A stretch of 53,624 bases of DNA, taken from IMG/VR virus record IMGVR_UViG_3300035018_000016, positions 1-53,624 of that record. One strand, given 5' to 3'. The first letter of the stretch is position 1. The number at the start of each line of letters is the position of its first letter. This document shows, in pieces, positions 25,931 through 35,716 of this stretch. The stretch comes from a virus (taxonomy: Duplodnaviria > Caudoviricetes). The notes below the pieces were generated by a model. That model was not told the DNA's origin. It ran no database searches and saw only the letters and a program-made list of their open reading frames with translations. A program made the position numbers and the translations under genes.

Positions 25931-26560
25931 ATGACAAGAGAACGGAAGAGGATCGTCTGGCGCGATCCCGCGTCGCTAAGCCCGTCCCCACGCAATGCGC
26001 GCCGGCACAGCGACGACCAGGTCGCCCAGCTCGCGAAGTCGATTGAGGCGTTCGGGTTCAATTCGCTGATCCTGGTCACGCCCGACGGCGAGATCGTAGC
26101 CGGCGAAGGCCGTTGGCTGGCATCGCGTCGTCTCGGCATGGCCGAGGTGCCGACGCTCTGCGTCGACCATCTTTCGGCCGACCAGGTTGAAGCCTACCGG
26201 CTGGCTGACAATCGCATCGCCCTCAACTCCCATTGGGATGAGAGGCTACTGGCGGAAGCCTTGGCTGAGTTGCCCGCCGATCTCGATATCGTGCCGGGGG
26301 ATCTTGGCTTCGACGTGAGCGAGATCGAGCGCCTGCTCGGCACTCCTACGCCGATCGAGAACGGTTTGGTCGAGGTTGTCCGCAAGGGATCGCGCAAGGC
26401 CTCGCTTGAGCCCGGCATTCACGTCACGATCGGCGAGCACCGCTTCGCCGTCGAGCGCGCGCCGTACATGGCGTGGCTCGAAACCGTCCGGCACCAGGTG
26501 GGCTTCGACAATGAGGCGATTACCGGCGAGATCCGGCGGCGCCTCGGGATGGCGGCATGA
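25931..26560 (+). CDS. ParB/Srx N-terminal domain protein
   Basis: PSPRNARRHSDDQVAQLAKSIEAFGF..IVAGEGRWLA..YRLADNR..WD. Confidence 0.85.
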   Translation: MTRERKRIVWRDPASLSPSPRNARRHSDDQVAQLAKSIEAFGFNSLILVTPDGEIVAGEGRWLASRRLGMAEVPTLCVDHLSADQVEAYRLADNRIALNSHWDERLLAEALAELPADLDIVPGDLGFDVSEIERLLGTPTPIENGLVEVVRKGSRKASLEPGIHVTIGEHRFAVERAPYMAWLETVRHQVGFDNEAITGEIRRRLGMAA

Positions 26561-28092
26561 CTGCCGCGCTCTTGCACGAGCTGGTCCCGGTCGATCGCCT
26601 GGTGCCGTCGACCTACAATCCGCGCGCGACCGACCCGGCGCGCCTCGACCTGATCGAACTCAGCCTGCGCAAGCTGGGCTTCGTGCTGCCGATCTACGCC
26701 CAGGGCGACGGCGAGATTCTGTCCGGCCATCAGCGCCACCTCGTGGCGACTCGCATGGGCTGTCGCCAGGTGCCGGTCGCGTGGCTGCCGCCGCTCGCCC
26801 TCGACGACCGCAAGGCGCTCAACATCGCCTTCAATCGCGGCACCAACGACCTGCGGCCGCACGACACGCCGACCGACCTGACGCGCCGCCTCGCCGCGGC
26901 GAACGCCGTTCGCCTGGCCGAGCAGCTGCCCGATCTCGCGCCCGATACGCCGGCGTTCTTCGCCTGCCTCGCCGCGACAGCCGAGCCGCTGGCGCCCTTG
27001 CTCGTGGCGAACGCCGGCCGCTGGCTGGGCTACGCCCGCAATCTCGCGCGCACGCTCGCCCGCCAGGGCGTCCGCATGCCGCTGGTCGCCGGGCCCGACG
27101 GTGTCGTGGTCAATGGAGTCGGCCGGCTGCAGCACGCTGCCGAGCAGCGCGACGAGCGCATCGAGGTCGTGCGTCTGGACCAGGGCCGCGCCGCCTTCGC
27201 CGAGGCGATGCTGAACCTGCTCAGCATGGAGTTCGACGTCCAGACCCGTTACCGGGATCTGCTGCGCTACAACAGCTTCCGCCGCGCGCGCCGCTTCCGC
27301 TCGACCCTGGGGCGTGGCTTCGTCGCCGAGATCGTGGGTCCCAAGCCCGCCAACACCTTCGACATCGCACGGCCCGCCGACCGGGCCCGTTGGCTGGCGC
27401 TTTACGGCTCTTCGATCGTGGACTTCGGCGCCGGCCATCTGCACGAGACCAAGCTGCTGCGCGCCCAGGGCGTGCATGTCGCGCCATTCGAGCCCTATCG
27501 CGTGGTCGACGGCAGCGACGCGATCGACCTCAAGGAGTCGCGCACGCTCACGCGGGAGTTCCTAGCCGACGTCGCCTCGGGCCGTCCGTACACATCGGTC
27601 TTCATCAGCTCGGTCCTGAACAGCGTTCCCTTCGTCGAGGACCGCCGCCAGCTCGCGACGGTCTGCGCCGCACTCTGCGGCCCGCGCACGAGGCTCTTCG
27701 CCTGCGCCACCTCGACCGCGTCGGTCGGCTGGCAGCGCGTGGGCGAGGGCAAGGACTATCTCGACCGCACGCACGGCAAGGGCTTGGCTTTCGCGCTGGG
27801 CTACGAGCCCGGCATCCAGCTGGGCGATATCACCGACCGGCCCAAGGTCCAAAAGTTCCACACGCCGGCCGAGTTCCGCGACCTGTTCGCACCGCTGTTC
27901 GGCCGCGTCGCCGCGCGTGAGCGCGAGCACTGCGTCGAGGCCGCCTGCGCCGAGCCGTTGCCGATCGACCGCGCCGCGCTGCGCGCCGCGATCATTTTCG
28001 AGTTCGACCTGCCTTATCCCGACAGCAAATCGCTGGGTATGGTAGACGAGGCCATGCAGGCCTTCTCGACACGACTCGGGGTGCCGCTATGA
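26557..28092 (+). CDS. Tandem ParB-N domains fused to a SAM-dependent methyltransferase-like domain
   Basis: YNPR..SLRKLGFVLPI..ILSGHQR; second repeat MPLV..VVNGVGRL; MTase motifs IVDFGAG, FEPY, SSVLNSV. Confidence 0.78.
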   Translation: MTAALLHELVPVDRLVPSTYNPRATDPARLDLIELSLRKLGFVLPIYAQGDGEILSGHQRHLVATRMGCRQVPVAWLPPLALDDRKALNIAFNRGTNDLRPHDTPTDLTRRLAAANAVRLAEQLPDLAPDTPAFFACLAATAEPLAPLLVANAGRWLGYARNLARTLARQGVRMPLVAGPDGVVVNGVGRLQHAAEQRDERIEVVRLDQGRAAFAEAMLNLLSMEFDVQTRYRDLLRYNSFRRARRFRSTLGRGFVAEIVGPKPANTFDIARPADRARWLALYGSSIVDFGAGHLHETKLLRAQGVHVAPFEPYRVVDGSDAIDLKESRTLTREFLADVASGRPYTSVFISSVLNSVPFVEDRRQLATVCAALCGPRTRLFACATSTASVGWQRVGEGKDYLDRTHGKGLAFALGYEPGIQLGDITDRPKVQKFHTPAEFRDLFAPLFGRVAAREREHCVEAACAEPLPIDRAALRAAIIFEFDLPYPDSKSLGMVDEAMQAFSTRLGVPL

Positions 28093-28541
28093 GCGGCGGT
28101 TTGGTCGTACTGCTCGACCTCAACTACACGCTGGTCTGCAACAGCGAGGAAAAGAACCGGCGGTTCGCCGAGCAGATCCGCGGCGAACGCTATCGCGCCT
28201 GGCTGATCGACCTCTGCCGGCCGCATCGCACGATCCTGATGACGGCGCGTCCCGTCCGGCACGCCGCCGAGACCCTGGCCAGTCTCCTGGAGAAGAACCG
28301 CTGGCAGCCGGCCGAGTGGCACTTCAACGCGCGCAATCTGCCGCCGCCGGCGTCGAAGCGGCTCGCGCTCGAGGAGAGCGTCTTTCCGGCGCACGGCCGC
28401 CCGGAGAGCGGCACGCGCTACCTGGCGCTCGAATCGAACCCGCGCTCGCGGGCGATGTACGCCGGCCGTGGCATCCCGGCGCTGCGCTGGGAAGACGTGC
28501 AGGGACTGACGGCTCTGCCTGGCGCGGAAGACGCGCCATGA
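28089..28541 (+). CDS. HAD-superfamily phosphatase-like protein
   Basis: VLLDLNYTL (motif I variant), MTARP (motif II), K, ALESN. Confidence 0.65.
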   Translation: MSGGLVVLLDLNYTLVCNSEEKNRRFAEQIRGERYRAWLIDLCRPHRTILMTARPVRHAAETLASLLEKNRWQPAEWHFNARNLPPPASKRLALEESVFPAHGRPESGTRYLALESNPRSRAMYAGRGIPALRWEDVQGLTALPGAEDAP

Positions 28542-29227
28542 GCGAACCCCTTAGCTCCCGCCCCATGGAGATTCCGCGCGAGTGGACATTCGAGCGCACG
28601 GCCGTGGCCGAAGGCTTCGACGTGCATGTCCGCGAGCAGCTGCCCTGGTACGAGCTGGCGACCGGCGCCGTGGTGCATATTGCGCGCCACTACATTCCGC
28701 CGCGCGGGCTGGTCTACGATATCGGCGCCTCGACCGGGAACATCGGCCGCGCCATCGAGAATGTCCTCGACGAGCGTCGCGCCGAACTGGTGTCGATCGA
28801 GGCCTCGGCCGAGATGGCGGCCCGCTACACCGGACCGCAGGCCGGCCGTCTGCTGCGCGCCGACGCGCTGTCGGTCGAGTTTCGGCCGTTCGATCTCGCG
28901 ATCCTGTTTCTGACGCTGATGTTCGTGCCGCCCGCCGATCGTGCCGCCTTCATGCAGCGCCTGCGCGGCCTGGTGAATCCCGGCGGCGCCATCGTCGTCG
29001 TCGACCGCGTGCAGGCCCTGTCCGGCTATCCGGCCACGGTGCTGTCGCGGCTGAGTTGGGCCGGCAAGCTCGCCGCCGGCGTGACCCCGGCCGATATCGT
29101 CGCCAAGGAGCTGAGCCTGGGCGGCGTGCAGCGGCCGGTGACCTGCGAGGCCCTGGCCGGTCCCGCCGTCGAGTGGTTTCGCTTCGGCGATTTTGCCGGG
29201 TGGCTGATCGAGGGCGCCCCGGCCTGA
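28538..29227 (+). CDS. CmoA-like class I SAM-dependent enzyme
   Basis: WTF..VAEGFDVHVREQLPWY, VYDIGASTG, TLMF, PGGAIVVVD, WFRFGDF: the CmoA layout. Confidence 0.75.
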   Translation: MSEPLSSRPMEIPREWTFERTAVAEGFDVHVREQLPWYELATGAVVHIARHYIPPRGLVYDIGASTGNIGRAIENVLDERRAELVSIEASAEMAARYTGPQAGRLLRADALSVEFRPFDLAILFLTLMFVPPADRAAFMQRLRGLVNPGGAIVVVDRVQALSGYPATVLSRLSWAGKLAAGVTPADIVAKELSLGGVQRPVTCEALAGPAVEWFRFGDFAGWLIEGAPA

Positions 29228-29236
29228 GGTTCTGAC

Positions 29237-29908
29237 ATGGCGTCATCCGGCCTGCTCGGCGTGTCCGCGCTCGCGCGCGAGCTCGGCGTCGGCAAGGGCA
29301 CCGTGAGCAAGCAAGCCGCGGCCGGGAAAATTCCGGTCGCGGAGCGCGATACCCAGGGCAACCCCCTGTTCGATCTCGCCGCGGTGAAGGCCGCGCGTGG
29401 CGACAATCTCAATCCGCTGATGCGCCGTCAGCCGATGACGGCCGGCGACGCCGACCAGGACAGCAGCGCTGCGCCCGACGGCGCTGCCCCGGCCGAACGC
29501 CGTTCACCGGATCGCGCGCCGTCCGGCCTGGTCCAGCAGCAGCAGCTCGAGAAGCAGCTGAAGAACCGGCGCCTTCTGCGCCAGATCGCGGTCGACGAGG
29601 GCCTCGTCGTGCTGCGGTCGGTCGTCGACGACGACCAGACCACCTTCGCCCGCCGCACCCGCGACGGCGTCACCGGCCAGATGGCCGACAAGGCGAGCGC
29701 CCTCTACGCCTTCGTCGGCGAACGGCCGCGCACCGAGGCCGAGTTCCGCGTCTGGCTGGACGAGCACACCGGCCAGGCCTTCGACGAGGTGTCCAGGCTG
29801 ATCGCCGCGGAAGACGAGGACGAGTTCGGCGATGCAGAGCCCGGCCAGTCCGACCCCGAGTCCGACCAGTTCGAGTCTGGCGAACCTGACGCCGAGGCAG
29901 CTCCGTAA
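29237..29908 (+). CDS. Terminase small subunit (Nu1-like)
   Basis: N-terminal wHTH GVSALARELGVGKGTVSK, coiled coil, overlaps the large-subunit gene. Confidence 0.75.
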   Translation: MASSGLLGVSALARELGVGKGTVSKQAAAGKIPVAERDTQGNPLFDLAAVKAARGDNLNPLMRRQPMTAGDADQDSSAAPDGAAPAERRSPDRAPSGLVQQQQLEKQLKNRRLLRQIAVDEGLVVLRSVVDDDQTTFARRTRDGVTGQMADKASALYAFVGERPRTEAEFRVWLDEHTGQAFDEVSRLIAAEDEDEFGDAEPGQSDPESDQFESGEPDAEAAP

Positions 29909-31928
29909 GCTGCTGCCCGGCCTCGGCTCTGCCCGGCGCACTGTGCGCCGCGCCTGGTCGCGCGGCCTGCGCCGCGATCCGCCGATGAAGCCCAGCGACT
30001 GGGCCGAGCGCCATCGCGTCGTTGCCGAGGAGACGAGTCCGCATCCGGGCAAGTGGCGCAACGCCCGCACGCCGTTCCTCGTCGAGATCATGGACACCAT
30101 GGCGCCGTCCCACTGGGCGCGGCGCACCACGGTCATGAAGAGCGTGCAGGTCTCGGGTTCCGAGGGCCTGTCGAATATCCTGGGCTGGATCATCGATTCG
30201 GCGCCGGGCCCGGCGCTGGTCGTGCATCCCACGATCGAGGCCGGCCGCGACTGGACCTCCGAGAAATTCGAGCCGACGATCGAGGCGACCAAGCGCCTGA
30301 AGCGCAAGGTCAGCAACGTCGTCATCCGGGGCCGCGACGGCAGCACGCTCAAGCGCAAGCGCTTCCCGGGCGGCAGCATCGTCGTGACCGGGGCCAACTC
30401 CGGCGCCGGCCTGCGCCAGAAGTCGGTGCGCTACGTCTTCCTCGACGACATGGACGAGTTCCCGCCCAAGATCGGGGACCAGGGCGATCCGGTCGAGATG
30501 GCCCGGGCGCGCAAGACCTCGTTCGAGAAGTCGGGCAAGGACAAGGAACTCGATGTCTCGACGCCGACCATCAAGTCGGCGTCGCGCATCGCCCGGCAGT
30601 ACGAGGCCGGCACCCAGGGCCGCTGGCACGTGCCGTGTCCGCACTGCGGCGCCGAGCAGGTGCTGAAGTGGGGCGGCAAGGACCAGGCCTTCGGCATCAA
30701 GTTCAACCCGGTGCCGCCCTACCACGCGCACTACGTCTGCGAGGCCAACGGCTGCATCGTCCAGCACTGGCAGCTCGAGGGCATGAACGCCCAGGGCCGC
30801 TGGGTGCATGCCTTTCCCTTCCCGGGCCGCGAACCGAGCTACCACCTCAATTCGCTGATCAGCCCGTTCACGACCTGGGATCACATCGTCGCCAAATGGA
30901 TCGACGCCCAGGGCGATCCGGAGAAGCTGAAGACCTTCGTCAACCTGCAGCTCGGCGAGCCGTGGGACGAAGCGGGCGACCGGCCCAAGGCCGAGGAGCT
31001 GCTGGCCCGCTGCGAGACGTGGGACGCCGGCACGGTGCCGGCCCCTGTATCCGGCAGCGGCGTGCTGCTGATCACCCTGTCGTGCGACGTTCAGGGCGAC
31101 GGCATCTGGTACCGCTTCATCGGCTGGGGCCGCGACCGCCAGAGCTGGGGCCTCCAGCACGGCTTCCTCGACGGCGAGACCGGGACCGAAACGGGTTCGG
31201 CGTTCCAGAAGCTGGACGCGCTGCGCAGGAAGCAGTTCCGCGACCGCTGGGGCAACGACCGCCGCGCCGACGCCGTCGGTATCGACGCCAACTATCAGAC
31301 CGAAGTCGTCGTCAACTGGTGCAAGTCGCGCCTCGATTGCTTCCCGCTCCGCGGCGAAGACGGCTGGCGTCAGCCGGCCTGGCCCGGCAAGGCGACGCCG
31401 CGCACCTTCAGCGAGCGCGGCAAGGCCCGGCGCAAGGGACCGAAGACGTTTCCGGTCGGCACCTGGCCGCTGAAGACCCGCCATTTCGGCGCGCTCAAGG
31501 TGAAGAAGGAAGCCGACGCGATCGTCTTTCCGGGCAGCTACTGCCACTTCAACCAGGACTGGTCCGAGTCGGACTTCAAGCAGCTCCTGTCGGAGATCTT
31601 CGCGACGCAGCGCAACCGCAAGACCGGCAAGGTCACGCAGGGCTGGCACCAGACCGAGGTCGACAACCACCTGCTGGACTGCACGGTCTACGGCCTGGCG
31701 CTGGCGGAGAAGCTGGGCATGAGCACCAAGTCGCCGGCGGAGTGGGAGTGGCTGGAACGCAAGTGGCAGCGGCTGGCAAGCGAGCAGCGCTCGCTGTTCG
31801 ACGCGCCCGAGCTGGCGGACGAACCGCCCGACGACTCCGACTCGCCGGCGATCGAACCCGTGCCGAACGCCGTTCGGCCCACCGTCACGACTTCCGTCGT
31901 GATGGAAGAAGTCATCGACCTGGGATGA
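29832..31928 (+). CDS. Terminase large subunit, lambda GpA family
   Basis: WAERHR, KSVQVSGSE, VFLDDMD, STPT, VPCPHCG, CDVQ, NHLLDC. Confidence 0.93.
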   Translation: MQSPASPTPSPTSSSLANLTPRQLRKLLPGLGSARRTVRRAWSRGLRRDPPMKPSDWAERHRVVAEETSPHPGKWRNARTPFLVEIMDTMAPSHWARRTTVMKSVQVSGSEGLSNILGWIIDSAPGPALVVHPTIEAGRDWTSEKFEPTIEATKRLKRKVSNVVIRGRDGSTLKRKRFPGGSIVVTGANSGAGLRQKSVRYVFLDDMDEFPPKIGDQGDPVEMARARKTSFEKSGKDKELDVSTPTIKSASRIARQYEAGTQGRWHVPCPHCGAEQVLKWGGKDQAFGIKFNPVPPYHAHYVCEANGCIVQHWQLEGMNAQGRWVHAFPFPGREPSYHLNSLISPFTTWDHIVAKWIDAQGDPEKLKTFVNLQLGEPWDEAGDRPKAEELLARCETWDAGTVPAPVSGSGVLLITLSCDVQGDGIWYRFIGWGRDRQSWGLQHGFLDGETGTETGSAFQKLDALRRKQFRDRWGNDRRADAVGIDANYQTEVVVNWCKSRLDCFPLRGEDGWRQPAWPGKATPRTFSERGKARRKGPKTFPVGTWPLKTRHFGALKVKKEADAIVFPGSYCHFNQDWSESDFKQLLSEIFATQRNRKTGKVTQGWHQTEVDNHLLDCTVYGLALAEKLGMSTKSPAEWEWLERKWQRLASEQRSLFDAPELADEPPDDSDSPAIEPVPNAVRPTVTTSVVMEEVIDLG

Positions 31929-31932
31929 GACC

Positions 31933-32160
31933 ATGGCCACGCAGCAGCAGCTCACCGCGTGGCTGGCCGAGGCCGAGCAGGCGCGCCACGAGCTGATCAT
32001 GGGCAACAAGGCGGTGAGCGTGTCGACCAGCAGCGGCCGGTCGGTGTCCTTCGCCGCGACCGATCTCGCCAAGCTCGACAACTACATCGTCTCGCTGCGT
32101 TCGCAGCTCGGGCAAGAGACCGGCGCCGGCTTCCCGTTCGTGCCGACCTTCGGAGGCTAG
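31933..32160 (+). CDS. Head-tail joining protein, gpW-like
   Basis: AEQARHELIMGNKAVSV..GRSVSF..LDNYI; between terminase and portal. Confidence 0.85.
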   Translation: MATQQQLTAWLAEAEQARHELIMGNKAVSVSTSSGRSVSFAATDLAKLDNYIVSLRSQLGQETGAGFPFVPTFGG

Positions 32161-32163
32161 CCG

Positions 32164-33768
32164 ATGCCGCCTGCCCAGCTGGTCGCCGCCGACGGCACGA
32201 CGCCGCTTCGTGCCATGGCCGCCGTGCCCTATCGCGCCGGCGATCGCCTCAGCCAGGAGCTGGCCGGCTGGGACCCGATGCTGCAGTCGCCCGATGCGGC
32301 GATGTGGGGTTTGCGCGACGATGTCGTGGCCCGCGGCACCGATCTCGGGCGCAACAACGGCTTCGCCGCCGGCGCGCGCCAGAGCCAGATCGACAACGTC
32401 ATCGGCGCCAACTGGATGCTGGCGGTCGAGCCCAACTGGCATGCGCTCGGCCTTTCCTCGATGTCGGACGACGAGCGCGACGCCTGGGAGGAGCATGTCG
32501 AGGAGGCCTTCGACGAATATGCCAACGACCCGGGCAACTGGATCGACGCCGGCCGGCGCGTCTCCTTCATCGGGCAGCTGCGCCAGGACTTCGCCGCCTG
32601 GTTCGATTCGGGCGAATTCCTGGCGGTCTCCCATTGGCTGCCGGATCGTCTGGGCCCCGGCCGCGCCCGCTATGCCACGGCCTGGCAGAACATCAGCACC
32701 CACAGGCTGAGCAACCCGGGCGGCGCCGCCGACACGGCGACGCTGCGCAACGGTGTCCAGCTCGGCCCGCAGGGCGACCCGCTAGGCTACCACATACGAC
32801 GCGCGCACCCCTACGATCCGTGGCTCGGCGCCGAGTCCTACGTCTGGGAGTATTTCGAGCGCGAGGACAATTTCGGCCGGCCGAACGTGCTGCACGGCTT
32901 CGTCGTCGAGGGCGACGGCATGACCCGTGGTGTTTCGCCCATGGCATCGGTCATCGAGGCCTTCCGGCTGCACGACGTCGCCGATCGGGCGACGGCCAAG
33001 GCGGTGCTGATCAACAGCATCATCGCCGCCGTGATCGAGACCCAGAGCGGTCTCGACAAGGAAGCGCTCGAAACCATGTTCGCCGGCCCCGTTGGGGCGG
33101 GTGGCAAGGAATCGCTGCAGATCGGCGGCCCGCCGATGCGGCTCGACCGCACCATCGTTCCGAAGATGCCCCCGGGCACGACGCTGAAATTCACCAATCC
33201 GGTCCAGCCGGCCGGCGCCGCCTACCAGCAGTTCACCGACACGCTCCTGGGACGCGAGGCCGCCGGCCTCGGCATGAGCCGCGAGGAGTTGAGCCGCGAC
33301 TACTCGAAGACGAACTACTCCAGTGCCCGCGCCTCGCTGCTCGGCGCCTGGAAGGCCATCACCGGCCGCAGCGCCTTCCTCGAGCGCACCTCGGCCGCGC
33401 CGCGCTACGGCAGCTGGTTCGAGGAGGCGGTCGACCGCGGCATCGTCGAGCTGCCGTCGATGCGGAAGAACGGCGGCACGCCGGGCTTCTACGAACGCCG
33501 TTCGGCCTGGCTGCGCCACGGCTGGATCGGCCCGGGTCGCGGCCACATCGATCCGGTGAAGGAACGGCAGGCCTACCAGATCGGCCGCGACACCTACACC
33601 GACACGCTGCAGTCGGCGAACGCCGAGCAGGGGCGGGACTGGCGCAAGGTCGCGCGGCAGTCGGCACGCGAGGCGCGCGTGCTGGGCCGTCTCAATCTGC
33701 CCGTCGCCACGACCGCCTCGCTGATGGGCGTCAAGGGGACGAGCGACAACGAAAGGCCAGCCGCATGA
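32164..33768 (+). CDS. Portal protein, lambda family
   Basis: DLGRNNGFA, RGVSP, DYSKTNYSSARASL, WIGPGRGHIDPVKE. Confidence 0.93.
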   Translation: MPPAQLVAADGTTPLRAMAAVPYRAGDRLSQELAGWDPMLQSPDAAMWGLRDDVVARGTDLGRNNGFAAGARQSQIDNVIGANWMLAVEPNWHALGLSSMSDDERDAWEEHVEEAFDEYANDPGNWIDAGRRVSFIGQLRQDFAAWFDSGEFLAVSHWLPDRLGPGRARYATAWQNISTHRLSNPGGAADTATLRNGVQLGPQGDPLGYHIRRAHPYDPWLGAESYVWEYFEREDNFGRPNVLHGFVVEGDGMTRGVSPMASVIEAFRLHDVADRATAKAVLINSIIAAVIETQSGLDKEALETMFAGPVGAGGKESLQIGGPPMRLDRTIVPKMPPGTTLKFTNPVQPAGAAYQQFTDTLLGREAAGLGMSREELSRDYSKTNYSSARASLLGAWKAITGRSAFLERTSAAPRYGSWFEEAVDRGIVELPSMRKNGGTPGFYERRSAWLRHGWIGPGRGHIDPVKERQAYQIGRDTYTDTLQSANAEQGRDWRKVARQSAREARVLGRLNLPVATTASLMGVKGTSDNERPAA

Positions 33769-33778
33769 GTGTCGCCGC

Positions 33779-34681
33779 ATGAGATACGCTCACGTCGCGA
33801 GCCGCGCCTTCGGCCGGCCTCTGCTGCTCGAGCCCCGTCACGGCGGCGTTTGGCTGGAATCGTTCGGCCGCATGCTGCACGCCCGCATGGGCGTCGCCAC
33901 CAATCCGCGCGATCTCCGCGCCATGGACGACGACGAGGGCGGCGAACGCCGGCCGGTCTATGCGTCGCTGCCGATCGGCCTGGTCGAGCGCGACTACCGG
34001 AAGGCCTTCCCGCAGGTCCGCGACGTCGCCATCCTCGAGGTCGAGGGAACGCTGGTCAACAACCTCGGCAGCGTCGAGCCGTGGTGTGGGATGACCGGCT
34101 ACGATGGGCTCCGCACGCAGCTCGCGGCAGCGATGAACGATCCCACCATCAAGGCGATCGCGCTGCTCTGCAATTCGCCCGGCGGCGAGGTGGCGGGGTG
34201 CTTCGACCTGGCCGACCAGATCCGCGACGCGCGTGAAACCAAGCCGATCTGGGCCATCGTCGACAGCTTGGCTTGCAGCGCCGCCTTCGCGCTCGCTGTC
34301 GGCGCCGGGCGCATCACCTGTTCGTCGGTCGGCTATACCGGCTCGGTCGGTGTCATCACCGCGCACTACGATTTCACTAAGGCGCTGGAAATGGCGGGCG
34401 TGAAGGTCACGCTCATCTATGCCGGCGATCACAAGGCCGACGGCTATCCGGAACAGCCGCTGTCAGAGCCGGCCCGCGCCATCTTCCAGAAGGAAGTCGA
34501 CACGATAGCCGCCCTCTTCGTCGACGTGGTGGCCAAGGGTCGTGGCATCGGCGCCGACGCCATCAAGGCAACGCAGGCGTTGGCATACCTGCCGGGCGAC
34601 GCCCAGCCGATCGATTTTTGCGACGACATTCTGTCGCCGACCGAAGCCCTGCTCGAATTGGTCGAGCTGGCCAGTAAGTGA
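33779..34681 (+). CDS. S49 family prohead protease (gpC-like)
   Basis: NSPGGEVAG, ACSAAF, GSVGV, AGDHKADG. Confidence 0.9.
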   Translation: MRYAHVASRAFGRPLLLEPRHGGVWLESFGRMLHARMGVATNPRDLRAMDDDEGGERRPVYASLPIGLVERDYRKAFPQVRDVAILEVEGTLVNNLGSVEPWCGMTGYDGLRTQLAAAMNDPTIKAIALLCNSPGGEVAGCFDLADQIRDARETKPIWAIVDSLACSAAFALAVGAGRITCSSVGYTGSVGVITAHYDFTKALEMAGVKVTLIYAGDHKADGYPEQPLSEPARAIFQKEVDTIAALFVDVVAKGRGIGADAIKATQALAYLPGDAQPIDFCDDILSPTEALLELVELASK

Positions 34682-34691
34682 GGAGCCGAGC

Positions 34692-35252
34692 ATGAAGTTC
34701 AGACTGTGGGGCAAGGGCAACCGCGCCGAAGACCAGCCCAAGGACGAGAGCGACGAAGAGAAGGCCGCGCGCGAAAAGGCCGAAAAGGAAGAGTCCGAGC
34801 GCAAGGCCGAGGAGGATCGGAAGGCCAAGGAAGCCGCCGCGTCCGACGAGGACGAAGAAGATGAGGAAGACGAAGACGAAGACGAGGCAACCAAGGCCGC
34901 CGCCGCGGCGGTGCCGGCCAAGGTGCGCGCCTCCATCGCCAGGAGCGCGGTAAGGGCCGACCGCTCTCGCATCCACGCCATCGTCGATGGCGGTGGGCGC
35001 GATCGCGTCGAGACGTCGCTGCAGCTCGCGCTGGGCACCGACCTGACGGCCAAGGCCGCGCTCGCCATCGTCGCGACCACGGCGTCCGGCGCCTCGAGCG
35101 CGCCCGTTCCCGCCGGCGGTGTGCTCGGTCTCGGCGGCGAAATGGCGACGCGCCGTCAGCAGACGCTCGGCCCGGACACCGGCGGCGACAAGGGCCCCGC
35201 CGGCGAGGTCGATCGGGCGGCCGCCTTCGTTCTCAAGGCCGGCAAGGTCTGA
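34692..35252 (+). CDS. Scaffolding protein (Nu3-like)
   Basis: AGGAG RBS; acidic low-complexity N-half; between protease and decoration genes. Confidence 0.65.
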   Translation: MKFRLWGKGNRAEDQPKDESDEEKAAREKAEKEESERKAEEDRKAKEAAASDEDEEDEEDEDEDEATKAAAAAVPAKVRASIARSAVRADRSRIHAIVDGGGRDRVETSLQLALGTDLTAKAALAIVATTASGASSAPVPAGGVLGLGGEMATRRQQTLGPDTGGDKGPAGEVDRAAAFVLKAGKV

Positions 35253-35299
35253 GCGCAGCTCGCGCCCAGGCAGCGACTCCAAACTGAAAGGATCGATAC

Positions 35300-35677
35300 A
35301 TGACCACCGCATCCGGCTTCACCGCCGAGGGGACGCACAATCCCGACAGCCTCTTCGCCGGCAACTTCCCGGTCGCGACCCGCAAGGTAACGATCGCCGC
35401 CGGCGCGAACCTCGGTCGCGGCGCCGTGCTCGGCCGCGTCACCGCCACGGACAAGTGGAAGCTCTCGGCGTCCGCCGCGGGCGACGGCAGCGAAGTGCCC
35501 GATGCGGTGCTGCTGACCGACGCCGCCGCCGCCGGTGCCGACGTCGAGGCGATGATCGCCCAGACCGGCGAATTCAACGAGGCCAAGCTGGTGCTTGGTG
35601 TCGGCCACACCATCGCCTCGATCCGGGCCGGCCTGCGCGGTCTCGCGATCTTCATCAAGAAGGTCGTGGCGGCCTGA
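35300..35677 (+). CDS. Head decoration protein (gpD-like)
   Basis: LFAG..RGAVLG..DGSE.P.AVL..GEFN. Confidence 0.85.
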   Translation: MTTASGFTAEGTHNPDSLFAGNFPVATRKVTIAAGANLGRGAVLGRVTATDKWKLSASAAGDGSEVPDAVLLTDAAAAGADVEAMIAQTGEFNEAKLVLGVGHTIASIRAGLRGLAIFIKKVVAA

Positions 35678-35716
35678 GCGCCGCGGCCGATCCCGATCTG
35701 AAAAGGAGTCATTGCG

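Noticed and set aside
34845-34890. GACGAA/GAGGA-type tandem repeat
   Set aside because: It simply encodes the acidic Asp/Glu tract of the scaffold protein.
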